Source: Mustelus asterias
Taxonomy: Eukaryota
Direction of reading: 5' to 3'
DNA: 64,000 bases
Assembly: GCF_964213995.1 (NCBI RefSeq)
Contig: NW_027590187.1
Coordinates: 744,001 to 808,000, forward strand
A program made the translations under genes and the position numbers. Shown here in pieces: positions 1 to 12,419 of this stretch; the first letter of the stretch is position 1, and every line of letters begins with the position of its first letter. The notes beneath the pieces were generated by a model. That model was not told the DNA's origin. It did no database searches and saw only the letters and a list, made by a program, of their open reading frames with translations.

Positions 1-416
1 GAGTGGAGAGAGCATCAAGACAGGCTAAAAAGATGTGTATTGTCTCCAGACAAGACAGCCAGTGAAACTCTGCAGGTCCAGGCAACTGTGGGCGTTACAA
101 ATAGTGTGACATGAACCCAATATCCCGGTTGAGGCCGTCCGCGTGTGTGCGGAACTTGGCTATCAGTTTCTGCTCAGCGACTCTGCGCTGTCGTGTGTCG
201 CGAAGGCCGCCTTGGAGAACGCTTACCCGAATATCAGAGGCCGAATGTCCGTGACCGCTGAAGTGCTCCCCAACAGGAAGAGAACAGTCTTGCCTGGTGA
301 TTGTCGAGCGGTGTTCATTCATCCGTTGTCGCAGCGTCTGCATAGTTTCCCCAATGTACCATGCCTTGGGACATGTCCCGAGGCATGGTACATTGGGGAA
401 ACTTTGCAGACGCTGC
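1..416 (-). mobile_element. Penelope-like element fragment (GIY-YIG endonuclease C-terminus) ending in a short fold-back; truncated by the window start
   Basis: ORF 95..343(-) ...LRQRMNEHRS...VGEHF...E.KLI.KF.T...GLNRD is a typical PLE GIY-YIG C-terminus. Near-identical to 56576-56910. Positions 331-416 form an 86-bp palindrome centred on ACATGT (371-376). Confidence 0.85.
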
Positions 417-1607
417 TATTACGTTTTGAGCAACAGCAAAAATAATTCCTCAGCGGCTCCTTCAAAATGATTTGACATTTCCGCCCAGGATGCTGTAATT
501 TTCTTCCGCTTCTCGCTCCTAGTTAACATTTGAATGAGCAACAGATCGCTGAAATGCCATTTACTCACACACGGACACAAGCTGTAAATGTTGCAAAGAT
601 ACACAAGCCAAGGTTTTTCCCTTTCAGCCCGTTTCTCCCAAACAGCTGACACAGGCGTGATGATCCGAATGATCTTGAATTATTCACCATCACTCTATGA
701 TTGTCCGAATAGAAAAAAAGCTATTTTCTTCAATGAAAACAATCTAGTGAAGTTTAGACATATTAGCTGCACTATTTCTGATCTACAGGGCACCCTGCAG
801 TAAGCCACCATGCTTATATGGGCAGCAGCGTCCTCCCTGTGACATGTACTATTGAGAAGGACAAGAATATCAGCACAGCGGACACAGCATCACGTTAAAA
901 ACAGAGTTAATCCTTATTTGGACAGAAATCACTATTTTTTTCTTAATTACTGGTTTAAAACATGAAATTCAGTTCCCAAAATCACCATAAACTGAGAAAG
1001 TGAAGTTTCCTTTCTTCAGGTTTGCACATTGCATACACATTGTATGAAATACTTTTTTCAGTCTCTCTGATTGTTCCCTTGATTCGCCTCTTCATAGCTG
1101 GACGGATTTTAACGTGTTCAGTTTACAACATATTTCACCCTTCTCGGCCTTACTTCAGGTCAAAACTGTGACCTGCGTGTGTCCTTTCTCCACGCACTGA
1201 ATGTCTGCCTCTAACATATTGTGGTCACTCAGTGTTTGATGTTTATTTACTGTCAGATTATTAATTAATCCTGCTCCTGCCTCATTACTGAAATTCGTGG
1301 AACCTTTTGTCTTGTGCTTTCCAAAGCAAGGTGGAGGGCAGGAGTGATTAAGTAATAAAATAATTGGTGCTGCAAGGCTAAAGGGAGTGGGAAAGGAACA
1401 AGTAACAGCAAACAGAGATGTGTCTGAAGGAGGTGTGAATTGAAGAATGATGAACAACTGCCAGCTGAAAGCAAAATCAAGAGAAAATATAGATGAAAAC
1501 CAAAAATCAAAATAAAATGGAATCAATTATGACGGTTACTATCGTATTAGAAATACGGGCAGGAATCAGGCCATTCAGCCCCTCAGTCCTGCACCATCAT
1601 TCAAGAA

Positions 1608-1945
1608 GGGGAGGCGATGGTCTCGTGGTATCATCGCTAGACTATTAATCTGGAAACTCAGCTAATGTTCTGGGCACCCAGGTTCGAAACCCTCCACAGC
1701 AAATGGTAGAATTTGATTTCAATAAAAAGTAATTTGAAAATAAGAATCTAGTGATGGCGATGGAACCATTGTTGGAAAAATCCATCTAGTTCACTAATGT
1801 GCTTTAGGGCAGTAAATCTGATGAAATTACCTTGTGTGGCCTACATGTGACTTCAGAGCGACAGCAATGTGGTTGACTCGATACGTGGATGGGTAATAAA
1901 TGCTGGCCAGTGATGCACACATCCTATGAATGGACCAAGGAAAAA
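1608..1945 (+). mobile_element. tRNA-derived SINE, second shark family (SacSINE1/DeuSINE-like; name tentative)
   Basis: A-box/B-box head (tggtctcgtggta...ggttcgaaacc) and a body shared with 31040-31407 and 61515-61870. Confidence 0.7.
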
Positions 1946-2104
1946 GATCATAACTAAAATAATTGTGGCTGCAATTCGACTTTTCGAACTTTTGCAGCAA
2001 CCATTCACTCCCTTGTATAATCTGTCTAATTTAGCCTAGAACATATTCAATGATCCAGTCTCAACTGTTGTCTGGGGAAGGGAATTCCACTGACTAACTA
2101 TCCT

Positions 2105-3045
2105 CTGAGATGAGATGAGAGTGACTGCCCTTGACATCAAAACAGGATTTGACCGAGTTCAGCATCAAGGATCCTCAGCGAAAGCAAAGTCGATGGGAAT
2201 CATGGAAACCTCTCCACTGGTTAGAACTTCATCCAGCATAAAGCCAGATGGTTGTGGTGGTCAGTCATTTCATCGTCAGGAGACCATTTCCCGAGTTTGT
2301 CAAGTTACTGTCCCAGACCCTTCCACCGTAAGGTCAGAATTGGAGATGCTCGCTGATGACTGTGCAATGTTTAGCACCATTCAGGACTCTTCAGTTACCA
2401 AAGCAGCCCATTCCCAAATGCAGCAAGAACTGGACAGTATCCAAGCTTGGGCTGAGATGTGGCAAATAACAATCACACCACACATGTACCAGACAAAGAC
2501 CATTTCCAGCAAGAGAGAATCTAACCATTGTCCCTTGACCTTAAATGAAATTATATCAATATCTTAGTGATTACCTTCAATTGGACTAGAAATGTAATAC
2601 AAGGGCTACAAGGCAGGTCAGAGACACAGAATCCCATGGTGAGTAACAAAGATCCTGACTGCCAAACACTGTTCACCATCTACCAGGCACAAATCAGGAG
2701 TATGATGGATTAATCTCCACTTGCCTGGGTTAATGCAGCACCAGCAACACTCAAGAGGTTTGACACCATCCCGGACAAAGCATCCCTCATGATTGACATC
2801 CCATCTGTAAACACACATGCCCTTGACCACTGACACACAGTGGCAGCAGTACTTACTACCTCCAAGATGAGCTACTGGAACTCACAAATGTTCCTTCCGT
2901 CGCATCTTTCAAACCAAAGAGCACTACCGTCTAGAGAAGGACAAGAACAGTTGACTCATGGAAACACCATTAAATGGACCTTCCCCTCCAAGTCACTTAC
3001 CATTCTCACTTGGGAATATATCGCTGTTCCTTCATTGTGGCTGGA
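2105..3045 (+). mobile_element. Degenerate CR1/L2-clade LINE RT fragment
   Basis: ORF 2115..2567 has ALDIK.GFDRV and ADD motifs plus QQELDSIQAWAEMWQI; frameshifted downstream. Confidence 0.65.
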
Positions 3046-4672
3046 TTCATTCTGTATCTGTCATTCTCTGGTGCAATATATCTGTACCATATGCCATATG
3101 TATCTTGCATTTTTTGCTGCAGGATGCATGTTGCATCATTATTTGAACCTGTGTTTGGAACAGTAGTTGAGCAAGGGATTTTGTCTATCAGTTACTTTCT
3201 GATACTCCAAGTGAATTTGGGACTCATTCTGAATCTCTTAAGAATAGCATGTGTGAACATTCAAAATCTGAGCAGGAATAGACCACTCAAGTCTGCTCCT
3301 CCATTCTATAACATCATGGCTGATCTGATTTGAACATCGACTCCACACTCCTGCCTAACCTTAATACATTTTACCTCTTTGCTTATCAACAATCTATCTA
3401 CCTTTGGCTTAAAGACTCCATTTCAGTTAGTGTGTGTGTGTTTGTGTGTGTGACCATCAGTCAGCGCTATTGTATATGAATTTAAACACAATTCTGAATA
3501 GGAATCTTTCTGGTACCACACGAGTGCAGTATTCAGTATTCTCTGAAATTGTATGAGTTTGGCAGGCATTCTGATCTGCCACAAAGATGGAATATTAGGG
3601 TAGGATTTATGTTTCTCTCTCTGGTACCATACGTGATTTGGGGTTCATTCAGCATCTGAGTATATCTGCTGCTGTTTCTAAAGGGTGCAAATCATGTGTA
3701 TTGGTCAGACTGTCATAATGTGTGTGAGTGTGGGATCATTCTGAATCTGTCACTGGTACTCAGTGTCTGGGATACTGCTATGTAAGTGTGATAATCAGAT
3801 GTAACTTTCAGTCCCTGGTGCTGTGTGTGCAGCATGAGATTCATTCATCTAACACTGAGCACATGTTTGAGAATTATCGTGTGTATGTCAGAGTCTATGA
3901 CTCAATGTGAGCATGGGATTCATCATGTAATCTTCAATCTATTTATAAGTTTGGATTCATTCTATATAAATTTCCAGCAAAACAGGCCACTGATGTGGTA
4001 GGTTTGAAGCAAACAATGTATGTGAATTTCGGCCCAATATTAAATCTGTGTCACTCTGAACACAATTGTAAAAGATAATGTATCCTTCAATCTGATACTG
4101 GATTGCTATGCAAGCTTCACTCAGGTTGTTCACACTGATTTGATCTGTGACACTCAGCCTGATTCTGAGGAAGAATTTTGACATGAATGTAAAAGGAAAC
4201 TCAGTCTGGAATTCATGTAGTATCGTCCATCTGGCTCAGTGTGAGTGGGGAGTTAGGATTAGTTAATAAGCTATAGTTCAATTCAAAGTAATCAAATTGA
4301 TGTTGTAACTTTAAGTTTCATAATCTGGGTGAGTTTTCAACTGGAATCTGAATTTGTATCTCAGGTTATACTCGCTCTCAGAATATCTCAATCTGAGAAT
4401 GTATTTGAGATTAGGCTTTGTATCGAATGTATTTGTGAGGATACAAACTATGGGCCACTTTTAAACCCCTGATGTGGGTGGTATTTAACTCGAATCTCAG
4501 TGTACATTATTAAGGTGCATTGTGTAACTTTTAACCGAAAACCATTTGTCAGTTTGATCAGATATTGAATTTGGAGCTGTGGCTGCTCTATTGTGGGATT
4601 GACACAGTGATGATCCAATATTAGGTGAGAATTTGGACTGGGATTTATGGATCCCCCTATCAATGGCACTGA

Positions 4673-4792
4673 GTTTGATTTGATGTATTGGTATACAGTG
4701 AAAGGTATTGCTTCTTGCGTAAAACGGACGAATCATACCGTTCATAGAGTAGAGGGGAGAAGGAAAGGAGAGGGTGCAGACTGTAGTGTTAA
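4673..4792 (-). mobile_element. Rex1/Babar LINE 3' tail fragment adjoining the tRNA-Leu pseudogene
   Basis: Reverse complement matches the LINE 3' end at 52550-52672 and ends in (AAATC)n. Confidence 0.7.
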
Positions 4793-4801
4793 AAATTCAT
4801 T

Positions 4802-4877
4802 TACCAGGAGTGGGGTTCGAACCCACGCAGACATATGGCCATTGGATCTTAAGCCTGAACCACTCGGCCATTCTGGT
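4802..4877 (-). pseudogene. tRNA-Leu(TAA) pseudogene (7-nt deletion in the 5' anticodon stem)
   Basis: Reverse complement ACCAGAATGGCCGAGTGGTTCAGG-CTTAAGATCCAATGG...GGGTTCGAACCCCACTCCTGGTA matches vertebrate Leu-TAA except for a missing ~GTTGGAC. Confidence 0.85.
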
Positions 4878-5104
4878 ACGAGAACTGGCTGTCAAATAGG
4901 CACATCATCTGTCTTTCCTGCTGTTTGGGTCTGTGGAATTGATCAGCTGTCTGTGTCTCTGAGCTGTCAGTGACAATGTACGGACTGTGTGTGAGAAGGA
5001 GTTGGCGACAATTTCCCCTGTAACTTGTGTGGAGGAAATATCACGTTTGTTTTGGATCTGTCAAATATTTGTCTGGGAAACAAAGTACATTTAATATCTC
5101 AAAT

Positions 5105-5860
5105 CCAGATTCCGTCAGTTTAATCTCTATTAATAATCATTGTGAGCGGTTTGTGAGGCTGCAGCCAGACTCTAGCTCTGATTGGTCACTCACATTTCAA
5201 TCACATTCTTAACCAATCGGGGTGCCAGGTCGAAGAAATGGGAGGTTTTGATTGGTTCACATTTTCAAACTGGAAAAACCCGCCAATTTCAGTGCAGAAA
5301 AAATAAAAAAATAACGGAACGCCTGAATGTTCAGGAAACTATTTCAATCTCACACTTTATAATCTGTTTATTGTATTTTCCCTCACAGAATCCTGGCGCT
5401 ATTGTAGGAACAGTTTGAATTTCTCAATCTCTTATCTATAACCCGCGGTAATCAGACCCCGTTCAGCAATTTAAAACGGAGCAAATCTCAGCTCAGTGAA
5501 AAAAGCAGAACCAAAGAGATCACCAACCAACCCGTTCACACAGGCTTCACAGGGACAGAGGGAAACGGCTGATTTCTGATCCTATCCCCTGAAAGCGGCC
5601 GAGAATGTTACAATGGGAAGTGCGGAGAGAATCCCTGACTCTATCCCGCCGGTGGAACAAGGCAGCTTTGTCACCGGAGAAGGAGGAGGGCCTGGGGGAG
5701 ACAGATCTGAAAAGCGCTGCAATGGACTCAGGTCCTGTGTGTGCAGAAATCTCAGTGATTCCGTCCTCTTGGAAAGCTGCGGAATAAACAGATCAGCCCG
5801 AGAATAACCTCTTCATTCCCGCCTTTACTCTGTTCCGGGAGCGGCTCCCAGATCGCCCGA
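5105..5860. promoter_or_regulatory. Conserved non-coding CCAAT x3 / E2F-like module (copy 1, inverted)
   Basis: ATTGG/CCAAT boxes at ~5181, 5213 and 5251; CCGCCAATTTCA at 5280-5291; inverted near-copy at 23150-23895. Confidence 0.55.
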
Positions 5861-6161
5861 GAAAAAAATAATAATTTAATTCAGAGTCGTGAAACTCTGA
5901 ATATAGTTATAATCAAATTTAAATAATTACCTCCTGATATTTTTTCTGCCCATTGTCCGTGACGATCCCCAGACTGGGATTTAAAATCTGCTCTCAGTTC
6001 AGTTTGATTGTCCCTTCAATGTGAAAGTGTGTGTGAGGGGCGGATATGAAGTCCCATTCACAGCATTCCGGAACGGGACAAATCTCTATCCTCCAGAAAG
6101 ACATTTCTCATTCACTCAATAAGGGAAAAGATGGCGCAGCTTTTTCACAGAGATTGTGGGT

Positions 6162-6177
6162 GGCTCTTAAAAGAGCC
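6162..6177 (-). promoter_or_regulatory. Histone mRNA 3' stem-loop (H2B copy 1), followed by HDE
   Basis: Reverse complement GGCTCTTTTAAGAGCC-ACCCA, then purine-rich GAAAAAGCTG about 15 nt downstream. Confidence 0.95.
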
Positions 6178-6214
6178 GTTGTGTTTGGGGTGTTTTTCAG
6201 TCCATGGGGGAGTT

Positions 6215-6601
6215 TTACTTGGAGCTGGTGTACTTGGTCACCGCCTTTGTCCCTTCCGACACGGCGTGCTTGGCCAGTTCCCCGGGCAGCAGCAGGCGCA
6301 CGGCGGTCTGGATCTCCCGGGAGCTGATGGTGCTGCGCTTGTTGTAATGGGCCAGGCGGGAAGCCTCACCCGCGATGCGCTCGAAAATATCGTTCACGAA
6401 CGAGTTCATGATGCTCATGGCTTTGGAGGAGATGCCGGTGTCGGGGTGAACCTGCTTCATCACTTTGTAGATGTAGATGGAGTAACTCTCCTTCCTCGAC
6501 TTTCGCCGCTTCTTGCCGCCCTTTGTTCCCGGTTTCTTAATCACTTTCTTCGCTCCCTTCTTGGGAGCTGGTTTCGATGTTGGTTTCTTCTCATCAGCCA
6601 T
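6215..6601 (-). CDS. H2B: Replication-dependent histone H2B (128 aa)
   Basis: MADEKK...[93 protein letters not shown]. Intronless, with stem-loop; true ATG at 6601. Confidence 0.98.
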   Translation of the reverse strand: MADEKKPTSKPAPKKGAKKVIKKPGTKGGKKRRKSRKESYSIYIYKVMKQVHPDTGISSKAMSIMNSFVNDIFERIAGEASRLAHYNKRSTISSREIQTAVRLLLPGELAKHAVSEGTKAVTKYTSSK

Positions 6602-6646
6602 CTTCAATTTCACGCAGAAAGAAAGCAAACCCCTTCCGAGCGCTGA

Positions 6647-6800
6647 TTAAATAGACAGTCCCACAGAACTATGCTAATGAGGAATTGGGAAAGCAATGAT
6701 TGTGATTGGACATTTTGAAAGTTATTACAGTCACTTATCAGGGATTCATTTGAGTGAATATGAAAACAGACCAATCTGATTGAGGTGTTTCCGCCAATCA
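6647..6800 (-). promoter_or_regulatory. H2B promoter: TATA-like TATTTAA, variant octamer ATTAGCAT, CCAAT boxes
   Basis: TTAAATA at 6647-6653, ATGCTAAT at 6671-6678, ATTGG/CCAAT at ~6684, 6705, 6771 and 6794. Confidence 0.7.
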
Positions 6801-6974
6801 CAAGCCTCCTTACTAAATCAGGAAATACATTTTACAAAGGATCTCCAGCGCCAGTTTGTCAGTGTGTAAAGATCCACCGGGAAATGTCCCCTGACTGTCG
6901 GTGTGAGGGACCGTTCTCCACAGAGGGACTGTGCGGGAGTGTGGGATTCCTTCAGGAACTGTGAATCTCTGGTA

Positions 6975-7655
6975 AAGTGTGTGAGTGTGGGATTTACTCA
7001 CTCTCTAACACAGTGTGTGTGTGGAATTTACTCACTCTCTGATACAGTGTGTGTGTGGGGGATTTACTCACTCTCTAACACTGTGTGTGTGTGGGATTTA
7101 CTCACTCTCTGATACAGTGTGTGTGTGGGGGATTTACTCACTCTCTAACACTGTGTGTGTGTGGGATTTACTCACTCTCTGATACAGTGTGAGTGTGGGA
7201 TTTACTCACTCTCTGATACAGTGTGTGAATGTGGGATTTACTCACTCTCGGATACAGCGTGAGTGTGGGATTTACTCACTCTCTGATACAGTGTGAGTGT
7301 GGGATTTACTCACTCTCGGATACAGTGTGAGTGTGGGATTTACTCACTCTCGGATACAGCGTGAGTGTGGGATTTACTCACTCTCTGACACAGTGTGAGA
7401 GTGTGGGATTTACTCACTCTGATACAGTGTGTGAGTGTTGGATTTACTCACTCTCTGATACAGTGTGTGAATGTGGGATTTACTCACTCTCTGATACAGT
7501 GTGTGTGTGGGGGATTTACTCACTCTCTGATACAGTGTGTGTGTGTGTGGGATTTACTCACTCTCTGATACAGTGTGTGTGTGGGGGATTTACTCACTCT
7601 CTGATACAGTGTGTGTGTGTGTGGGATTTACTCACTCTGATACAGCGTGTGAGAC
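6975..7655. repeat. Minisatellite, ~19 x 34-38 bp (GTGTGGGATTTACTCACTCTCTGATACA(GT)n)
   Basis: Tandem units read directly; one or two more units resume at 8885-8930 after a CR1 insertion. Confidence 0.95.
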
Positions 7656-8880
7656 CATAAGTTATCAGAGCAGAATTAGGCCACTCGGACCATCGAGTCT
7701 GGTCCGCCAATCATGACTGATATTTTTCTCTTTCCCATTCTCCTGCCTTTTCCCCATAATCCCTGGTCCCCTTATTAATCAAGTCTATCTATCTCTGTCT
7801 TAAAAACACTCAATGACTTGGCCTCCACAGCCTTCTGCGACAAAGAGTTCCACAGATTCACCAGTCTCTGGCTGAAGAAATTACTCCACATCTCTGTTTT
7901 AAAGGATCATCCCTTTAGCCTGAGATTGTGCCCTCTGGTTCTAGTTTTTCCTGATTTTGGAAATAACCTCTCCATGTCCACTCTATCCAGGCCTCACAGT
8001 ATCCTATAAGTTTCAACAAGGTCTCCCCTCATCCTTGTGAACTCAAATGAGTGCAGACCCAGAGTCCTCATATGACAAGCTTTTCATTCCAGGGATCATT
8101 CTTGTGAACCTCCTCTGGGCCCTTTCCAAGGCCAGCACATCCTTCCTTAGATACGGGGCCCAAAGCTGCTCACAATACTGCAAATGGGGTGTGACTGGAG
8201 CCTTGTACAGCCTCAGAAGTACATCACTGCTCTTGTATTGTATCCCTCTCGCCATGAATGCTAACATTGCATTTGCCTTCCGAACTGCCAACTGACCCTG
8301 CCAGTTAACCTTAAGAGAATCTTGAACAATGACTCCCAAGTCCCTTTGCGCTTCTGATTTCGTCAGCATTTCCCCATTTAGAAAATAGTCTATGCCTCCA
8401 TTCCTCCCTCCAAAGTGCATAACCTCACACTTTTCCACATTGTATTCCATCTGCCACTTCTTTGCCCACTCTCCTAGCCTGTCCAAGTCCTTCTGCAGCC
8501 TCCCTGCTTCCTCAATACTACCTGTCCCTCTCCATATCTTTGTATCATCTGCAAACCTAGCAACAGAGCTTTCACTTCCTGCTTCCAAATTGTTAATGTA
8601 TATGGTGAAAAGTTGTGGTCCCAGCACTGATCCCTGAGGCACACCACTCAACAGCGGCTGCCATCCTGAAACAGACCTCTTTATCCCCACTCTCTGCCTT
8701 CTGCCAGTCAGTCAATCCTCTATCCATGCCTGGATCTTACCCTTAACACCATGGACTCTTAACTTATTTAGCAGTCTCCGACTCAGCACCGTGTCAGAGG
8801 GCCTTCTGGAAATCTAAATAAATCACGTACACTGGTTCTCCTTTATCGAACTTCCTTTTACCCCCTCAAAGAACTTTAAA
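7656..8880 (-). mobile_element. CR1 LINE 3' fragment (RT C-terminus + 3' UTR) inserted into the minisatellite
   Basis: ORF 8043..8690: SGVPQGSVLGPQLF...FADDTKI...KWQMEYN..KCEVMHFG. Confidence 0.9.
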
Positions 8881-10087
8881 ACTTAGTGTGGGATTTACTC
8901 ACTGATAGAGCATGTGAGTGTGGGATTTGTATCTGTGAATAGATGAGAACATTTCTAAGTTTATGATTCATTCTGTATCTGGGTCTCATTGTGTGTCTGT
9001 CCAAAAGTGGTGCATGTGATTGCATGTAGTAATAATTCTCTTCTTGGTGGTATTAGTTTTATTTTTGTATGTATCCCTCTCCTCCACAATATCAGTGTGT
9101 TCATTTTATTCTGCATCTGTCAGTCTCTAGCTGTATTTAAGTGCATGTGCTGCAGAATGGCCAAGAGGAATCACATACTGACTCTGTCTGACTGTTCTTC
9201 CTTTGCGCTTGATAAGCAATTGCTAAAATACTCAATGTATAGCGTATTTTCTACCTATCCTCTTAAATTTAAAACATTTTTCCTTCTGACAGGCAAAGAG
9301 TTGAAACCAGCAGAATAAATGAAGAGATTCTTTCACACAAGGAGAATTACAGCCAGCTCCTCACATACAGTAAGTGTCACTCACACACAGCAGAGATGGC
9401 CAAGAGGTTCACTTGCTGGAGTTCTGATCCATTGTGCTCTGCAAGCACAGGCCCCAAGCACAATATTGTTGTTGGTTTATGGTTCAGTTGTCTGGTTGGT
9501 GAGGGTTTCAACTAAATTGGCAGCGGGTTCGACACCAGCATATAGAAGTAGCAGAAAGGAATAAGGGCAGAAAGGAGGGAGAGTGATGGATAATACTGGA
9601 GAAGGAGCAGACTATGAAGCATTGAAGTTAGTCCTCTTCCAATTTAGAATGTCTACTTTAGATTGTTCCTTGCTAATGTCAAGCTTGTGATACAATGATC
9701 ACTCGGTAAAAACACAGACACTTGATTCATGTGGCCAACCTTGGCCCACCCCATTCCCCAGCACCAGATCCAGCAATGCTTTGTTCATAGTTTCTTGAGA
9801 ATACTCTGGTCCAAGAAATTCTCTTGAACATATTTCAAAAATTCCCAGACAGATGAATGTATGAATTAGGAGCAGGCGTAGGTCACTTGGCCCCTTGAGC
9901 CTGCTCCACCATTCAGTATGATCATGACTGGTCTGATTGTAACTTCAAACCCACATCCTTACCTATCCCCGATAATCTTTCACCTCCTTGCTTCCTCGAA
10001 GCACCAGGGAGCCGGGTTCAATTCCAACCTTGGGTGACTGTCTGGAATTTGCACATTCTCCCTGTGTCAACATTTGTTCCTCTGGGT

Positions 10088-11065
10088 GCTTTTTCTGAGT
10101 GGCAGTCAGTGACTAGTGGGGTTCTGCAGGGATCAGTGCTAGGACCCCAACTGTTCACATTATATATTAATGATTTAGAAGAGGGAACTGAATGTATTAT
10201 CTCCAAATTTGCAGATGATACGAAGTTGGGTGGGAGGGTAAGCTGTGAGGAGGATGCAGAGTTACTTCAGTGTGATTTGGACAAGCTGAGTGCATGGGCA
10301 TCGCATGTCAGATGCAGTATAATGTGGATAAATGTGAGGTTATCCACTTTGGTAGAAGGAATCGGAAAAAAGATTATTATTCATGAATGGCTGTAAATTT
10401 AGAGAGGTGGATATTCAATGAGAGCTTGGAGTCTTCATGCATCAGTTCCTGAAAGTAAGAGCGCAGGTACAGCAGGCAGTAAAGAAGGCAAATAGCATGT
10501 TGGCCTTAATAGCAAGAGGATTTGAGTACAGAGATAGGGATGTTTTGCTGCAATTGTGTCGGGCGTTGGTGAGGCCACACCTGGAGTATTGTGTGCACTT
10601 TTGGTGTCCTTATCTGAGGAAGGATGTCCTTGCTGTAGAGAGAGTACAATGAAGGTTTACTTGGCTGATTCCTGGGCTGGCAGGTCTGTCATATGATGAG
10701 AGACTAACTCGCTTAGAATTCAGAGAGACTAAGTCGGTTAGAAAGAATGTTCCAAATGGTGGGGGAGTCCAGAACTAGGGGTCTTGGTTGAGGATAAGGG
10801 GTAAAGTTTTCAGAACTTAGGTGAGGAGAAATTTCTTCACCCAGAGGGTGGTGAATGTATGGAATTCACTACCACAGAATGTAGTTGAGGCCAAAACGTT
10901 GTCTGGTTTCAAGAAGAAATTAGATATAGCTCTTGGGTTCAAAGGGATCAAGGGATATGGGGGGAGGGGGGGGATCAGGATATTGAATTCAATGATCAGA
11001 ATGAATTGTGGAGCAGGCTCGATGGGCCGGATGGCCTCCTCCTGCTTCTGGTTTCTATGTTTTTA
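10088..11065 (+). mobile_element. CR1 LINE 3' fragment, degenerate
   Basis: ORFs 10034, 10437 and 10821 carry QGSVLGPQLF, FADDTKLGG and RRNFFTQRVVNVWN, followed by a CR1 3' tail. Confidence 0.88.
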
Positions 11066-11066
11066 C

Positions 11067-11297
11067 ACTCCGGTTTCCTCTCACATTCCAAAGATGTGCA
11101 GGTTAGGTGGATTGACATGCCAATTTGCTTCTTTGTGTCCCAAGATGTGTAGGTTGGGGGGATTAGCAGGGTAAATGCATGGGGTTACAGGGATGTGGCA
11201 AGGAGTTGCCCTCAGAAAGATGCTCTGTTGGAAAATCAGTGCAAACCCGAGGGGCCAAATGGCCTCCATCTGCACTGTAGAGATTCTATGATTTTCT
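11067..11297 (+). mobile_element. HE1-type SINE 3' part
   Basis: ctccggtttcctc...aaagatgtgcaggttagg...ctgcactgtagagattctatg. Confidence 0.75.
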
Positions 11298-11650
11298 ATC
11301 CACCTCTACAATCAAAATATTGAAAGACTTTGCTTGCTTTGCCTTTTGAGGAAGGGAGTTCCATCGACGCACAACCCTCTGAGAGAAAATAATCTCGCCT
11401 CATCTGTGCCTTAAATGAATGACCCTTTATTTTGAAACAGTGACCCCTCATTCTAGATTCTCCCACAAGAGGAAATGTTCTCTCCACATCCATCCTGTCA
11501 AGACCACTCAGATCTGTAAAATTTCAATCAAGTCGATACTTACTCTTCTAAACTCTCATGCATGCAAACTTATCCCCTCCAACAATTCCTCATGAGAACC
11601 TGCTCCTTCCTGGTATTAATCCCGTAAACCTTCTCTGAACTCTGAACTTC
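11297..11650 (-). mobile_element. CR1 3' fragment
   Basis: ORF 11296..11493 FPLVGESRMRGHCFKIKG and RRFTGLIPG in ORF 11590. Confidence 0.7.
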
Positions 11651-11656
11651 TCTGTA

Positions 11657-11997
11657 GGGCGGCATGGTAGCACAGTTGTTAGCACTGCTGCTTCACAGCT
11701 CCAGGGACCTGGGTTCGATTCCCGGCTTGGGTCACTGTCTGTGTGGAGTTTGCATATTCTCCCTGTGTCTGCGTGGGTTTCCTCCGGGTGCTCCGGTTTC
11801 CTCCCACAGTCCAAAAATGTGCAGGTTAGGTTGATTGGCCATGCTAAAATTGCTACCTTCGTGTCCTGAGATGCGTAGGTTCGAGGGATTAGTGGGTAAA
11901 TATATGGGAGTAGGGCCTGGGTGGGATTGTGGTCGGTGCAGACTCGATGGGCTGAATGGCCTCTTTCTGTACTGTAGGGTTTCTATGATTTCTATGA
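11657..11997 (+). mobile_element. Full-length HE1-type (V-SINE) tRNA-derived SINE
   Basis: Head GGGCGGCATGGTAGCACAGT..TTAGCACTGCTGCTTCACAGCTCCAGGGACCTGGGTTCGATTCCCGG, central TGTGTGGAGTTTGCA...GGGTTTCCTCCGGGTGCTCCGG domain, CR1-type tail ending (TTCTATGA)n. Confidence 0.92.
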
Positions 11998-12144
11998 ATT
12001 GTGGGAGCTTGGAGTGGCCCAGCGTGCGGCCCCAAGTTTGGAGTAATGATGTTTCTTTATTAAACCCGTCCTTTGATTTATAAGATGGAGTAAGTTTTGT
12101 TGTATTTTCATGAGCTGCATTTTGAAGAGTTCCTTCTGAAGAAA

Positions 12145-12284
12145 CACTCCTTCCTCAGGTGAGTGGAGAGTTGGATTCACAAACAGGGCATATATAGAAA
12201 CATATAGAAACATGAGAAGCGCTCTGAAAGCTTGTGCTACCAAATAAACCTGTTCGACTTTAACCTGGTGTTGTGAGACTTCTT

Positions 12285-12319
<35 letters not shown>

Positions 12320-12351
12320 GCCCCCCAGTCCAATGCCGGCATCACGACATC
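12145..12351. mobile_element. Short Penelope terminal-repeat remnant (two opposed pieces, poly-C expansion)
   Basis: caggtgagtgg...cacaaacagggca piece, then gaaagcttgtgctaccaaataaacctgtt.gactttaacctggtgttg...ccagtccaatgccggcatc, matching 57380-57485. Confidence 0.75.
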
Positions 12352-12419
12352 TGATTTGTTCTAGTATAAGGTGTAAATTTTACATTGAAGACACGTCAGG
12401 TGAAGTCAGCTGAGTAGAA

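Noticed and set aside
7331-7660. Cys-rich ORF resembling a zinc-finger or metallothionein protein
   Set aside because: It is a translation of the (GT)-rich minisatellite, with no C2H2 spacing or HTGEKP linkers.
9478-9542. tRNA-like A/B boxes (GGTTCGACACC)
   Set aside because: I could not fold a cloverleaf or assign an anticodon; at most an unassignable relic.
9546-9606. ~60-bp direct repeat with 13374-13434
   Set aside because: Both lie among CR1 ORF1/ORF2 remnants and are most simply TE-derived purine-rich sequence.
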